This document shows positions 54,391-64,000 of a stretch of DNA of 64,000 nucleotides, piece by piece (position 1 is the stretch's first letter; every line of letters starts with the position of its first letter). The DNA comes from Promethearchaeota archaeon (GTDB lineage Archaea; Asgardarchaeota; Lokiarchaeia; Sigyniarchaeales; SOKP01). The stretch lies in the NCBI GenBank assembly GCA_019058365.1, contig JAHPZE010000007.1:64001-128000 (forward strand), written 5' to 3'. The notes below the pieces were generated by a model that saw only the letters and a program-made list of their open reading frames with translations, did no database searches and was not told the DNA's origin. The position numbers and the translations under genes were made by a program.

Positions 54391-55632
54391 TTAATAAAAT
54401 AATTTTCCTGCTTCTATTAAAAGTAACTTGTTAATTTCTGGTATGAAACTGTTGATTAAATTATAATCATATATAAGCGCGGAACCACGATTAAACATCA
54501 CAATACCTCCAAAAGAACCTCTACTAGATAATTTAATCCACATGTTAGCACTAAAACCAGGCGTTGCTCCACCATGCCCTTTGTAACCAGATTCATAAAT
54601 ACACCAACCTAATCCATAACCTTTATTTGTAAAACCTTCTGTTGAGGTACCTGTACGTATCACTTGGCTAGATAGCATTAATGTCACACTTTCAGGACTT
54701 AGTAACTGAGTTTTATTATACCTACCTTGATTCATAAAAGCGATCATATATTTTACCATATCCGATATAGTGCTTCTTATTGATCCTGCTCCTGTCACGT
54801 TCATATTATAAAGGGGCAATTCAAGATTTGCGTTATCGCTCCATTCATAAGGAATAGCATGGTTATCAATAAAATCTTCGTAGAAATACCCACTATGAGA
54901 CATATTTAATGGATTAAAAATGTTTTCTTGAACATATTCCTCTAAAGATTGATTTGTAATTTGTTCAACTAAATACCCCAGTAATTGAAAACCCGCATTA
55001 GAATAGTGAAACTCTTTCCCGGGTTCTTGATACCAATTATAATCATTATAGTAGGGACCAAGAGGATTTAAACTACCGTTAAGAAATTCTTCCAATGTGG
55101 GTCGATGTGAAAATGCTATAATCCCCCAGCCTAAATTATCATTTATCCAATCAATTGTTTGATTATTAAAGTAATACTCAAGTGACCAGTAGAGGTTTGT
55201 TTGTAAGCCTGCTGTATGTGTTAAGAGCATTCGAGTTGTAATAGGGATGTTAGGATAATCAGGGTGTCTAACGGTAAAGGGGATATAATCACTAATATTA
55301 TCATCTAAATTTAATAGATTACTTTCATTTAGTTGAAGAATCGCAGTTGCAGTAAAAGTTTTTGTGATTGAACCAATCATATATACGGTATCTAAATCAG
55401 ATTGGTTCCCATAACCATTCTCCCATACTAGTGTCTCATTTATGACTATCCCAGCAGCTAATGATGGAATTTCATATTCTGCCATAAGGTTTTCAATTTT
55501 AGTATCGAAAGGGTCTTGGATAGGTGCTTGATTAGGTTTAAGAGATGAAATTATAAAAAACGATGAAATTCCAGCAAGAACTACACCTGCGGTAATAATA
55601 AGCCCATAAATGATGTTCCTTTTAACCTTCAT
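54391..55632 (-). CDS. Membrane-anchored serine hydrolase, beta-lactamase/AmpC-like family
   Basis: GSITK (SxxK), LLTHTAG, YSN, HGG. Confidence 0.9.
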   Translation of the reverse strand: MKVKRNIIYGLIITAGVVLAGISSFFIISSLKPNQAPIQDPFDTKIENLMAEYEIPSLAAGIVINETLVWENGYGNQSDLDTVYMIGSITKTFTATAILQLNESNLLNLDDNISDYIPFTVRHPDYPNIPITTRMLLTHTAGLQTNLYWSLEYYFNNQTIDWINDNLGWGIIAFSHRPTLEEFLNGSLNPLGPYYNDYNWYQEPGKEFHYSNAGFQLLGYLVEQITNQSLEEYVQENIFNPLNMSHSGYFYEDFIDNHAIPYEWSDNANLELPLYNMNVTGAGSIRSTISDMVKYMIAFMNQGRYNKTQLLSPESVTLMLSSQVIRTGTSTEGFTNKGYGLGWCIYESGYKGHGGATPGFSANMWIKLSSRGSFGGIVMFNRGSALIYDYNLINSFIPEINKLLLIEAGKLFY

Positions 55633-55985
55633 AACAAATGTATCATAAGATAAATATGATTTAAAATTAGTTATTGATCCTTATAAATATTGGTCGAAAA
55701 AAAATTATATGAAAGAATTTTCAAAATATACAAGAAAGTAAGATTATAAATAAAAGAATATTCTTATTTAATTTACATTACCATGATTTATTAAAGATTT
55801 TTTAATAAAGTAGATTTAAAAATAATTTTGTTTCTTTTATGTTAATGCAATTTTACCAATAATATTGTAATAATATTGAGGAGTTATTAGAATATATTAT
55901 TTAAAACGTGAAATGAAGCTTTCACGAACATTCTCAGACTTTATTAGAACAATTATTTAAAATAGCGTTTGGTTTTGTAATATTA

Positions 55986-56777
55986 ATGAGTAAAGAAATA
56001 AAATTTAATGAAGTTAAAGGAGTCTTAACAGACATAGATGGAACACTTTATTTTAAAGGAACTCCGATTCCTGGGGCTCTTGAAACACTTTTAAAACTTC
56101 GTGAAATTGGCTTAAAATTTATTTTTTTTACAAATACTGATAGTAAATCACCCAAAACAGTATTAAACATATTACAAGATTATGGATTTAACATTGATAA
56201 GGACGAGATTTTGACTCCAATTATAGCCATAAAAGAATTTTTATCAAAATATCCTGATAAAAAGTCTTATTTAATCACAACAGAAGAAGTTGCAGAAGAA
56301 TTTCAAGAATTTCCTCAAGTTATGGGTTCTGAAATACCAGATTTTGTGATTATAGGTGATTTTCATGATAATTGGGATGTAAATAGGCTTAATGTAGCTT
56401 TTAAGTATGTTCTTAGAGGCGCTAAACTGCTTGGAATGCAAGGTAATAGATTTTATCTTGATAGTAATGGTGAACCAGTTATAGACACTGGTACATTTGT
56501 ACAGATGATTGCTAACGTTACTAATGTGACTCCAAAAATATTTGGAAAGCCTTCGAGAGAATATTTCCTTCAAGCACTAGAAAAATTAAATCTCGTTTCC
56601 GATGAGGTAATTGTGATTGGCGATGATCTTGAATCTGATATTCAAGGAGCTATCAATGCAAATATTAAAGCAATTTTAGTAAAAACGGGTAAAGGTCAAT
56701 ATTATGACCCTACTAAAGTGAAAATTAAGCCAAATCTAGTCCTTGATTCATTCAGTTCATTAATAGAACTAATTTAA
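55986..56777 (+). CDS. HAD subfamily IIA hydrolase (LHPP/HDHD2-like)
   Basis: DIDGTL, FTN, GKPS, IGDDLESDIQGA, LVKTGK. Confidence 0.88.
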   Translation: MSKEIKFNEVKGVLTDIDGTLYFKGTPIPGALETLLKLREIGLKFIFFTNTDSKSPKTVLNILQDYGFNIDKDEILTPIIAIKEFLSKYPDKKSYLITTEEVAEEFQEFPQVMGSEIPDFVIIGDFHDNWDVNRLNVAFKYVLRGAKLLGMQGNRFYLDSNGEPVIDTGTFVQMIANVTNVTPKIFGKPSREYFLQALEKLNLVSDEVIVIGDDLESDIQGAINANIKAILVKTGKGQYYDPTKVKIKPNLVLDSFSSLIELI

Positions 56778-56952
56778 TATTATTTTATTAGATTAAAAAA
56801 CATATCAAATACATAATATTAAACATAAAGAGACCAATCTTTACATTACTATTTTATGGCATGATAATGGGAGAGAATAAAAAAATTTATATACTCCATT
56901 CTTTTGTTAATTCATAAAAAAATAATTTAATTAAAAATAGGATGCATTATCT

Positions 56953-57948
56953 ATGGCTTTAAAAGAATATTTTGTACGAGATTTAGTAATTAACGATGAA
57001 TATGGGATAATTGACTCAAATGCGACGATTCAAGATGCTGCAAAAAAAATGAAAGAATTAGGGGTTCCAGATTTAGTAGTAGTTGAAGGAGAAAATCAGA
57101 AAATTCTGGGTGTTATTGCAGACTTTGATATTGTGCAAAATGCTGTAGCAGAAGGTAAAAATGTAAAAACTGAAAAAGTTATTTCTACAATGTATAAAAT
57201 AACTCCCGTGAATTTAGATACACCTGTCGCTGAAGCATTCACAAGAATGAGAAATTTAAATGTGAATGTAGTACCTGTAGTTGAAAATGAAAAACTTGTA
57301 GGAGTATGTACCATCCAGGACTGTTGGAGCTTCATTCCAGATCAAAATATAGATAAAATTGGACTCATTCCTGTTAGAAATACAAGAGTCGCAGAATTTT
57401 GGTTTGCTAGTGTATGTGCAGTTATGGCATTCACACTAGGAATAATTTTACCTTTAACTGGAATTTTTGGTTTTTTTACAGGATATTATAGTAATCTTAT
57501 GAGTTTACTTGGCATGGGACCAATTGTAGGAGACCCTATATTGTTTTTCACATTATTTGATGTAAGAGGTGCAGGGATAATGATGCCTTTTATTAATCTA
57601 ATTGATCCTGTTTGGATTACAATCGATATTTTTAGTATCTTAATGTTGCTATCTGGAATAATGGGTTTATTTTCGATAATTTATACAAGTTTTTCTGATA
57701 CAAGAAATTTACAGACAAGTTGGATTATAAGAACAATTGTGCCTAGTTTAGCAGTTTTCTTTATGGCATTTGAATGGATCTTATTCGGTATTGCCTTTGC
57801 AATTCAGACTCCACAACCTATTATTTCTATTGATCCTATAGGATTAACGTTATCAATTATATCGATGATATTAATAATATTAGCAATCAATCGAGACTAC
57901 ATTTTCCGGGGAATAGAAGAGCCCGAAATTAAGAGTGGTGAGGTGTAA
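56953..57948 (+). CDS. CBS-pair protein fused to a 4-TM membrane domain
   Basis: Two CBS repeats in the first ~130 aa, followed by TM helices. Confidence 0.82.
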   Translation: MALKEYFVRDLVINDEYGIIDSNATIQDAAKKMKELGVPDLVVVEGENQKILGVIADFDIVQNAVAEGKNVKTEKVISTMYKITPVNLDTPVAEAFTRMRNLNVNVVPVVENEKLVGVCTIQDCWSFIPDQNIDKIGLIPVRNTRVAEFWFASVCAVMAFTLGIILPLTGIFGFFTGYYSNLMSLLGMGPIVGDPILFFTLFDVRGAGIMMPFINLIDPVWITIDIFSILMLLSGIMGLFSIIYTSFSDTRNLQTSWIIRTIVPSLAVFFMAFEWILFGIAFAIQTPQPIISIDPIGLTLSIISMILIILAINRDYIFRGIEEPEIKSGEV

Positions 57949-57957
57949 ACATAAGAA

Positions 57958-59442
57958 ATGCCCCGAGGTGGCGGAGGTGGATTTAGAGGTGGAGGAGCCC
58001 GTGCTGGGGGATTTAGCGGGGGTTTTCGAGGTGGGGGTTTTCGAGGTAGTCCTGGTTCATTTAGAGGAGGATATAGCGGAGGCGGAAGACCTTTTGGAAG
58101 AACTGGCGCTTCAAGAGTAGTATCAAGATCACCAAGAGGACCTTATTCTCACAGTTATTATGGTCCGCGTCGTAGTTACTATAGACCTTATTGGTGGTAT
58201 TATCGTCCATGGTATTATAGATGGTGGTATTCGCCCTATTGGGCAGGACGTTGGAATAGACCTTGGTATTATAGCCCTGTTTATGTTGGTGGAGGAATAT
58301 TATTTATCATAATTCTAGCATTGGTGATTCTTCCAATTGCAGGTGTAGCATTCTGGTTCCCATTTAGCAACACAAATGCAGAGGGCTATGTTAATTATCG
58401 ATCTACAGAGACTTTATATTTTAATGAATTTTGGTATGAATATGAATACACAGAAGCAGGACAAGAAATTACATTCTCAGCTCAATCTTCACCTAGTACT
58501 ATAACATTTGCTCTTTGGAATCAGCCTTTTGAAAATCTTCCTACTACGACTGAATATATTGATATTATGAATTCATCATCTATTAATCCTATTTCAAGTG
58601 ATTATTGGGCGGAGTGGTTATTTCTAAGAGCTGGTTCCTTAGTTCTGTATGATTTTAATTCAAGTGCAAACCTTGATTTCTTTATTGCAGATGGCTATGA
58701 TTTCTATAATTGGTATTATGGAGGTTCTCCAGTATTCCCAGTGAGTGAGATAAATTCTGATCAAAGTAGTGGATATTATAATATTCCCGCTACTCAAGAT
58801 TATTATCTTGTATGGTATAATGAAGGAGGTTCCACAATTGATGTTGATTATACAATAAATTATACAGCTGTAAATGTTCCCGATTTTAGCCCTACTTATG
58901 AGACAAACGAAGATGTCACATTTATTGCAACAGATACATTCATTGTTCCAACATCTGGTAATTGGTATTTTTTTATATATTTTGATCCTATGAATTCCCC
59001 TGATGAATCAACAACAATTACTTTTGATGTAAGCTATGATACTGGTGTTACCTATCAACAGAGATGGCTTGATATTTCATGGATTTTAGTTGTAATTCTT
59101 GTAGTTATAGTCATTATATTAATAGCAGCTGTTGTAGCAAGAAGAGGTCAGAAAAAACTAAAGCTTAAAGCGCCAACAACACCAGAACAAAAAACAACAT
59201 CGCCATATAAAATCGCTCCTCCTGAAACAGTTCAGAAAGAATTTAATTGCCCGCGTTGCAACGCATCGATAAAACCCGATTCTAAATTTTGTCCTATTTG
59301 TGGAGGCAAAATAGAAGGAAGACAACTTGGTACTCCTTCGATAACTACTCCGACTAATGCAAAAACATGTTCTTTGTGTGGAAGTAAACTTACTGGAACA
59401 GAGCAATTCTGTAAATGGTGTGGTACTAAAGTAGAAAAATAA
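57958..59442 (+). CDS. Membrane protein: RGG-rich and Y/W/R/P-rich N-terminus, TM, extracellular beta domains, TM, double Zn ribbon
   Basis: GGFRGG repeats, YRPW repeats, two TM, CPRC/CPIC/CSLC/CKWC. Confidence 0.85.
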   Translation: MPRGGGGGFRGGGARAGGFSGGFRGGGFRGSPGSFRGGYSGGGRPFGRTGASRVVSRSPRGPYSHSYYGPRRSYYRPYWWYYRPWYYRWWYSPYWAGRWNRPWYYSPVYVGGGILFIIILALVILPIAGVAFWFPFSNTNAEGYVNYRSTETLYFNEFWYEYEYTEAGQEITFSAQSSPSTITFALWNQPFENLPTTTEYIDIMNSSSINPISSDYWAEWLFLRAGSLVLYDFNSSANLDFFIADGYDFYNWYYGGSPVFPVSEINSDQSSGYYNIPATQDYYLVWYNEGGSTIDVDYTINYTAVNVPDFSPTYETNEDVTFIATDTFIVPTSGNWYFFIYFDPMNSPDESTTITFDVSYDTGVTYQQRWLDISWILVVILVVIVIILIAAVVARRGQKKLKLKAPTTPEQKTTSPYKIAPPETVQKEFNCPRCNASIKPDSKFCPICGGKIEGRQLGTPSITTPTNAKTCSLCGSKLTGTEQFCKWCGTKVEK

Positions 59443-59458
59443 TAAATTTAAAATTCTT

Positions 59459-61075
59459 GGGTAATTTTATGAATGAAGGAAGAATTATAAATTCTTTCAA
59501 CGGTCTTCGTTTGTAAAATCTTTCTACCCACTTTTTTTTATTGTTCCTTTATTTCTTATTAAGTATTCTTAAGAGAATTTATGAAATTTATCGGCTTATA
59601 AAATAGCTCTATTCACTGCAATTATTTAAAGGAGGCGGAACTCATTTTCATTCAGAAGATATTTAAGTAAAGAATTGTTAAAAGATCCCATGACTGGAAG
59701 ATATAAAAAGGTTTATGAACCAATTTGGCGCTCGATCGAAGCCCAAAATGGAAGAGGAGTGCACTTTTGCTTAGGAAAAATACAAGTTCTTTGTCCGGCG
59801 TGTGGGAGTCCTTTAGTAGGAGGATACGGCACCCATAAACGAAAAACTAAGCGTGTGGAAACATTTCAATGCAAAAATCCAAATTGTGCACATTTAAAAA
59901 AGTTTAAAACACTAAAACAATTTGTTTTGACTACTTCCTATAAATTTCAGGAATTAATAGGAATAAAACTTAAAGAATTTTACGAAGATTTAATGGTAAA
60001 GAGTGCAAAACAAAAAACACTCGCAAAAAAATATGGGATATCTGAATCACAAGTCTCTGCACTTAGAATTAAACTTGAACTTGCGATTCACAGAATTAAT
60101 AGCTTGGATTCGCTCGTATTAACCCCCCAGCCCGATAGAGCCATTGCTATTGATGAAACTTTTCTGAAAATTAAAGGAATGTGCATATATATTATTATTG
60201 CTACGGGATATACTTCTCGAAAAGTATTAGGCATTAAGGTCTCAAAAACTCGTACGGAAGATGATATTAGAAAGGTGTTTGATGAAGCAAACCAAAATAC
60301 TGAGCACCCCATTAACACCGTGAGCTCGGATGCGTTAAATTCAACGCAAGCTATGACTAAAAATCTGGGACGGGAAATCACTCATGTCATCCATCCGCAT
60401 AAAAAGCCCTTCAAAAAAGCAATAATTAAAAACTATAGATATGAAGGCAATGAAAGAGTGACGGGGATTGTCGGCATTGAAAGTGACTTCTTTAAAAAGC
60501 GCGGAAAACGTCAATTCAAATATATGGAAATGAGAGAAGATTTAACTTCTAAACCTCAGAGAAAGAGGGGACGACCATTAGGTTCTAAAACAAAAAAGAA
60601 AAAAAAACCTGCAAAATCAAAACAGAAACGCGGTCGCAAGGGGCTTTATACCGTATTTTCCAAAGGAAAAATTGGATATGCGAGTATAGACCCATATCGG
60701 GATAAATTAAAGATAAATAAGAGGTTGTCCAGCACGGTGACAGCCGCGCTGAACGCGACATTAATAATATATGCCCTAATGTCGATTCAAAATAATCTTG
60801 CAGAAAATATAAATTCTTTCCTCCGTGCTGTTTTACGGTTAACAGGACCGAAAACGATTGAATCCGTGGAGCAACGCATTAGGGCGACTCTAAAAATACG
60901 CAACCATCCCGAACTCTTAGAAGACATTTTGATTGAAAGGAAAGTGAGAGCAGAATTTTTATATAACAATCTAAAATTGATAGAGTATGCCGAACTATTA
61001 GAAAGAGGGATTATTGTGTAAGATTATAAAAAAAAGGGTTAATTTATAATTCTTCATTCATCTATAAAATTAACC
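59459..61075 (+). mobile_element. Complete insertion sequence (1617 bp), IS6/IS1-like
   Basis: 35-bp TIRs 59459-59493 and 61041-61075 (31/35 identical, GG...CC ends). Perfect 8-bp TSD AAATTCTT at 59451-59458 and 61076-61083. Confidence 0.93.
59675..61021 (+). CDS. DDE transposase with N-terminal Zn ribbon and HTH
   Basis: CPAC...CKNPNC, IDETFLKIKG, VSSD, NNLAE. Confidence 0.9.
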   Translation: MLKDPMTGRYKKVYEPIWRSIEAQNGRGVHFCLGKIQVLCPACGSPLVGGYGTHKRKTKRVETFQCKNPNCAHLKKFKTLKQFVLTTSYKFQELIGIKLKEFYEDLMVKSAKQKTLAKKYGISESQVSALRIKLELAIHRINSLDSLVLTPQPDRAIAIDETFLKIKGMCIYIIIATGYTSRKVLGIKVSKTRTEDDIRKVFDEANQNTEHPINTVSSDALNSTQAMTKNLGREITHVIHPHKKPFKKAIIKNYRYEGNERVTGIVGIESDFFKKRGKRQFKYMEMREDLTSKPQRKRGRPLGSKTKKKKKPAKSKQKRGRKGLYTVFSKGKIGYASIDPYRDKLKINKRLSSTVTAALNATLIIYALMSIQNNLAENINSFLRAVLRLTGPKTIESVEQRIRATLKIRNHPELLEDILIERKVRAEFLYNNLKLIEYAELLERGIIV

Positions 61076-61132
61076 AAATTCTTATTTTTTTTCATATAAT
61101 CTTATTTCAAATAATAAAAAAAGTGTTTTAAT

Positions 61133-61741
61133 TCAGAAATCTTTTAGAAGTTTTACACCGCATTTTTCACAGTATTCTTGTTCTAAACTCCTTATCCTTT
61201 CTCCACAATTATTACAATGACCAAGTTTTTTAAGTATTTTCTTTTTAGTTTTTAAAAGCTCTTGCGCTTTTTTCTCTTCTACATATTTAGCATAATCCTC
61301 TTTAGGCTTGATTTCATTCTCAATAAATTCAATTGTGTCTTTTAACCATACGATAAAAATAAATTTTTCAGTGTCTTCAATTGTTTTGAATGATTTAAAG
61401 TCAGCAGTCTTTTTATCAGGAGCGTCTATAAATCTCTTAGATCCAATTTCAAGAAAAGTATTATAAAACAAAATACCATCATATATTAAATACTTCATTT
61501 CTTTATTTTTTTCCACTTCATAAGCTAAATCAAATCCCGTAGCGCCACGATTAATTAACTTCAATAATTTCTTCAAGAAATCTAAATGTTCAATTAAATC
61601 TTTTTTCTCCGTATTCTTATTGTCTATAGGTTTAGGAAGGGGCAGAATTTCCTCATCTAATAAAGTTTTTTTAAAATTTATTTTATATAATCTTTCTATT
61701 CTAAATCTTTTTTCTAGTCTTTCTCGTTGAAGGTCGTCCAT
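61133..61741 (-). CDS. Hypothetical protein with C-terminal Zn ribbon
   Basis: CNNCG...YCEKCG. Confidence 0.7.
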   Translation of the reverse strand: MDDLQRERLEKRFRIERLYKINFKKTLLDEEILPLPKPIDNKNTEKKDLIEHLDFLKKLLKLINRGATGFDLAYEVEKNKEMKYLIYDGILFYNTFLEIGSKRFIDAPDKKTADFKSFKTIEDTEKFIFIVWLKDTIEFIENEIKPKEDYAKYVEEKKAQELLKTKKKILKKLGHCNNCGERIRSLEQEYCEKCGVKLLKDF

Positions 61742-61945
61742 ATCCTTCTAATCCAGATTAATTAAGTTGAAAGATCCTATGAGGTAAATAAGATACAAAT
61801 ATATAAATATATTTATGGTTATGATTGAAAGATCATTGAAATAAAATAATAAAATATGAAGATAACAGTAATAAGCCCTAAGAAAATGAGTTAAAAAGGT
61901 TTTTAAAAGGTATAATTTTAAGTTTTTTATATATCAAAAAATAAA

Positions 61946-62146
61946 TTAATTAGCTTCTTGAGGTGGTTTTTCAGTTTCATGGTTTTTAAAAGAAGAATAG
62001 ATCCCCTTTATCTCAATAAGATCAACTGTCATAATAGTATGATTTAAATGTTTCTTCTCAAACTTTTTTATCTCTAACTGATTAACGGGATTACCAGGGT
62101 GAATTACTACATATTCTCTACATTTAATACATGCACGAGCTCTCAT
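61946..62146 (-). CDS. Small putative Zn-binding protein (CxxC...HxxH)
   Basis: ACIKCREY...FEKKHLNH. Confidence 0.65.
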   Translation of the reverse strand: MRARACIKCREYVVIHPGNPVNQLEIKKFEKKHLNHTIMTVDLIEIKGIYSSFKNHETEKPPQEAN

Positions 62147-62354
62147 AATTATATTTAATATGTTATTTACTAATCATATCAATAAAATAATTGATAAGTA
62201 CGTAATTCTCCACGATCTGAAAAAGTATACAAATATTTCAAAGTTACGGTTTTTAATTAAAAATGTTATATAATTACGAACATAAATTTTTTATCATTAG
62301 ATATTACACAATAATCTTTAAACTTTTTATTTCTATATGTTATAAACTAAAAAG

Positions 62355-64000
62355 CTATCTTTCCATTAAATTTGGAATTGTAGAATCGAAGTATTCCTTT
62401 AATTTTGGAATAGAAAGTTTAAAATCTTTATTTTTTAATCCTCTTACTTTAATTTCGGATTGAGGTATTAAAACTCCTATCTTTTTAAGATATACTCCAT
62501 AATTATTTGCTAAATTCATTATTTTATCAAAATCTTTTGGATCTGTCTCAATAATAAATCTACCATTAGATTCACTGAATAAAAGTTCATCATCTCTTAA
62601 TTTATCATCAAGACAATTGGTAAGATCTAAATTTACACCCAATTTATTCTTAAAACACATTTCTGCTATTGTTATGATAAATCCTCCTTTATTCACATCA
62701 TGATTGGCTTTAACTAATTCATTTCTATAGAGTTCAAATATAAAATCCCAAATATTTTTTATTTTAGCCTCATCAACTTTAGGAGGAATTCCCCCTTCAA
62801 GATTGTAGATTACTGAATGATATTCTGAACCACCTAATTCGGCTTTTGTCTCTCCTACTAAAAAGATATCATCTCCTGCATTCTTAAAGGGGAGGGTTAT
62901 TATATTTTCTTCACCTACCAAAAGACCTAAAATCATTATTATTGGTGTTGCTTTAATCGCGGTTTTTTTGGCCTCATCTTCATTATAGAAAGATACATTT
63001 CCTCCTACTATAGGAATTCTTAAAGTTCTACAAAAATCATTCATACCTTCAACAGCTTTAGAAAAATACCAAAAAGATTCGGGTATTTCGGGGTTTCCAA
63101 AATTACAACAATTTACCATTGCCATTGGTTTAGCCCCATTTGCTATTACATTTCCACATATTTCAACTAATCCCCCTTTAGCGCCTTCATAGGGATCTAA
63201 AAAGCAATGTTTAGAATTAACACCAACGCTCGCTGCAATAAATTTATCTGTACCAATTATTCTTAAAACACCTGAATCACCTTCTCCACATTTTACAACT
63301 GATCTAACACCCACTTCATGGTCGTATTGTCTGTAGACCCATTCTTTACTACAAATGTTTTCTGATGCTATTAATCTATAGATAATATCTTTAAACTGTA
63401 AAGAAGGTTTTGGAGTTTTTTGAGCGAACAATTCATCTAAATAGGAGGGTCGTTTTTCTTGTCGCTTAAAAGTGGGTGATTCAGAAAGTGCTTTTGCGGG
63501 AATACTAACTATGGGATCATCTCCATCATAAACTTTTAAAACTTTTGACTCATCAGTTTTCCCTATTACAGCAAAATTCAATTCATATTTTCTAAATACA
63601 TCAAGAACTATATTTAATCCTTCAGGTTTAACAATGAAAGCCATTCTTTCTTGTGATTCAGAAAGCATTACTTCATAAGAATTCATTCCAGGTTCTCTTG
63701 TAAAAACTTTCTTTAAATCTACTTTTGCTCCTGTGTTTCCATCCCCCGTTAATTCACTAGTTGCGCAAGTTAATCCTCCTCCACCTAGATCTTTCAACCC
63801 TCTTACATAACCTGTTTTTACAGCTTCTAAAGTTGCTTCAATAATCATTTTTTTGGTGAATGGATCACCAATTTGAACCGCGGGTCTATCAGCTTCAGAC
63901 ATATCAGTTAGAGTACGGGAAGCAAATGTAACTCCATGGATTCCATCTCTACCAGTAGATCCCCCCATTAAAATTACATAATCACCAGAATTATAAGCTC
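62355..64000 (-). CDS. purL: Phosphoribosylformylglycinamidine synthase subunit PurL (5' end outside the window)
   Basis: TGRDGIHG, VQIGDPF, DLGGGGL, SESQERM, QYDHEV, NFGNPE, GGNVSFYN. The frame is open to the window edge. Confidence 0.96.
   Translation of the reverse strand, partial: AYNSGDYVILMGGSTGRDGIHGVTFASRTLTDMSEADRPAVQIGDPFTKKMIIEATLEAVKTGYVRGLKDLGGGGLTCATSELTGDGNTGAKVDLKKVFTREPGMNSYEVMLSESQERMAFIVKPEGLNIVLDVFRKYELNFAVIGKTDESKVLKVYDGDDPIVSIPAKALSESPTFKRQEKRPSYLDELFAQKTPKPSLQFKDIIYRLIASENICSKEWVYRQYDHEVGVRSVVKCGEGDSGVLRIIGTDKFIAASVGVNSKHCFLDPYEGAKGGLVEICGNVIANGAKPMAMVNCCNFGNPEIPESFWYFSKAVEGMNDFCRTLRIPIVGGNVSFYNEDEAKKTAIKATPIIMILGLLVGEENIITLPFKNAGDDIFLVGETKAELGGSEYHSVIYNLEGGIPPKVDEAKIKNIWDFIFELYRNELVKANHDVNKGGFIITIAEMCFKNKLGVNLDLTNCLDDKLRDDELLFSESNGRFIIETDPKDFDKIMNLANNYGVYLKKIGVLIPQSEIKVRGLKNKDFKLSIPKLKEYFDSTIPNLMER

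Noticed and set aside
57935-58120. 61-aa ORF overlapping the RGG gene
   Set aside because: Shadow frame caused by G-rich repeats

Overview
AT-rich archaeal chromosomal DNA, very likely from Lokiarchaeia (Asgard archaea). The evidence is an archaeal histone, rps13-rps4-rps11, TrmB, cofC, a Rab-like small GTPase, GGTGA ribosome-binding sites and many Zn-ribbon/coiled-coil orphan proteins. The main signal is one the ORF track splits or misses: a selenoprotein operon. It contains hdrA (24733-26718, two in-frame UGA at conserved Cys sites) and mvhD/vhuD (26737-27168, two in-frame UGA), then one structured SECIS-like element and an frhB/fdhB-family F420-binding subunit, with serS and cofC nearby. 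This looks like an F420-linked flavin-based electron-bifurcation module. Other notable items: (1) a six-TM glycerophosphodiesterase that closely follows metazoan GDE2/GDPD5; (2) a histone with a short Lys-rich KKSAPAKKK tail; (3) two opposite-strand gene cassettes, each flanked by direct repeats that duplicate the upstream region of the next gene; (4) a G.U-rich hairpin that folds well only on the + strand; (5) an intact IS6-like element with 35-bp TIRs and an 8-bp TSD; (6) several pseudogenes and unannotated small genes, including a CdrS-like RHH protein. Family assignments come from motif recognition only; no database searches were run.
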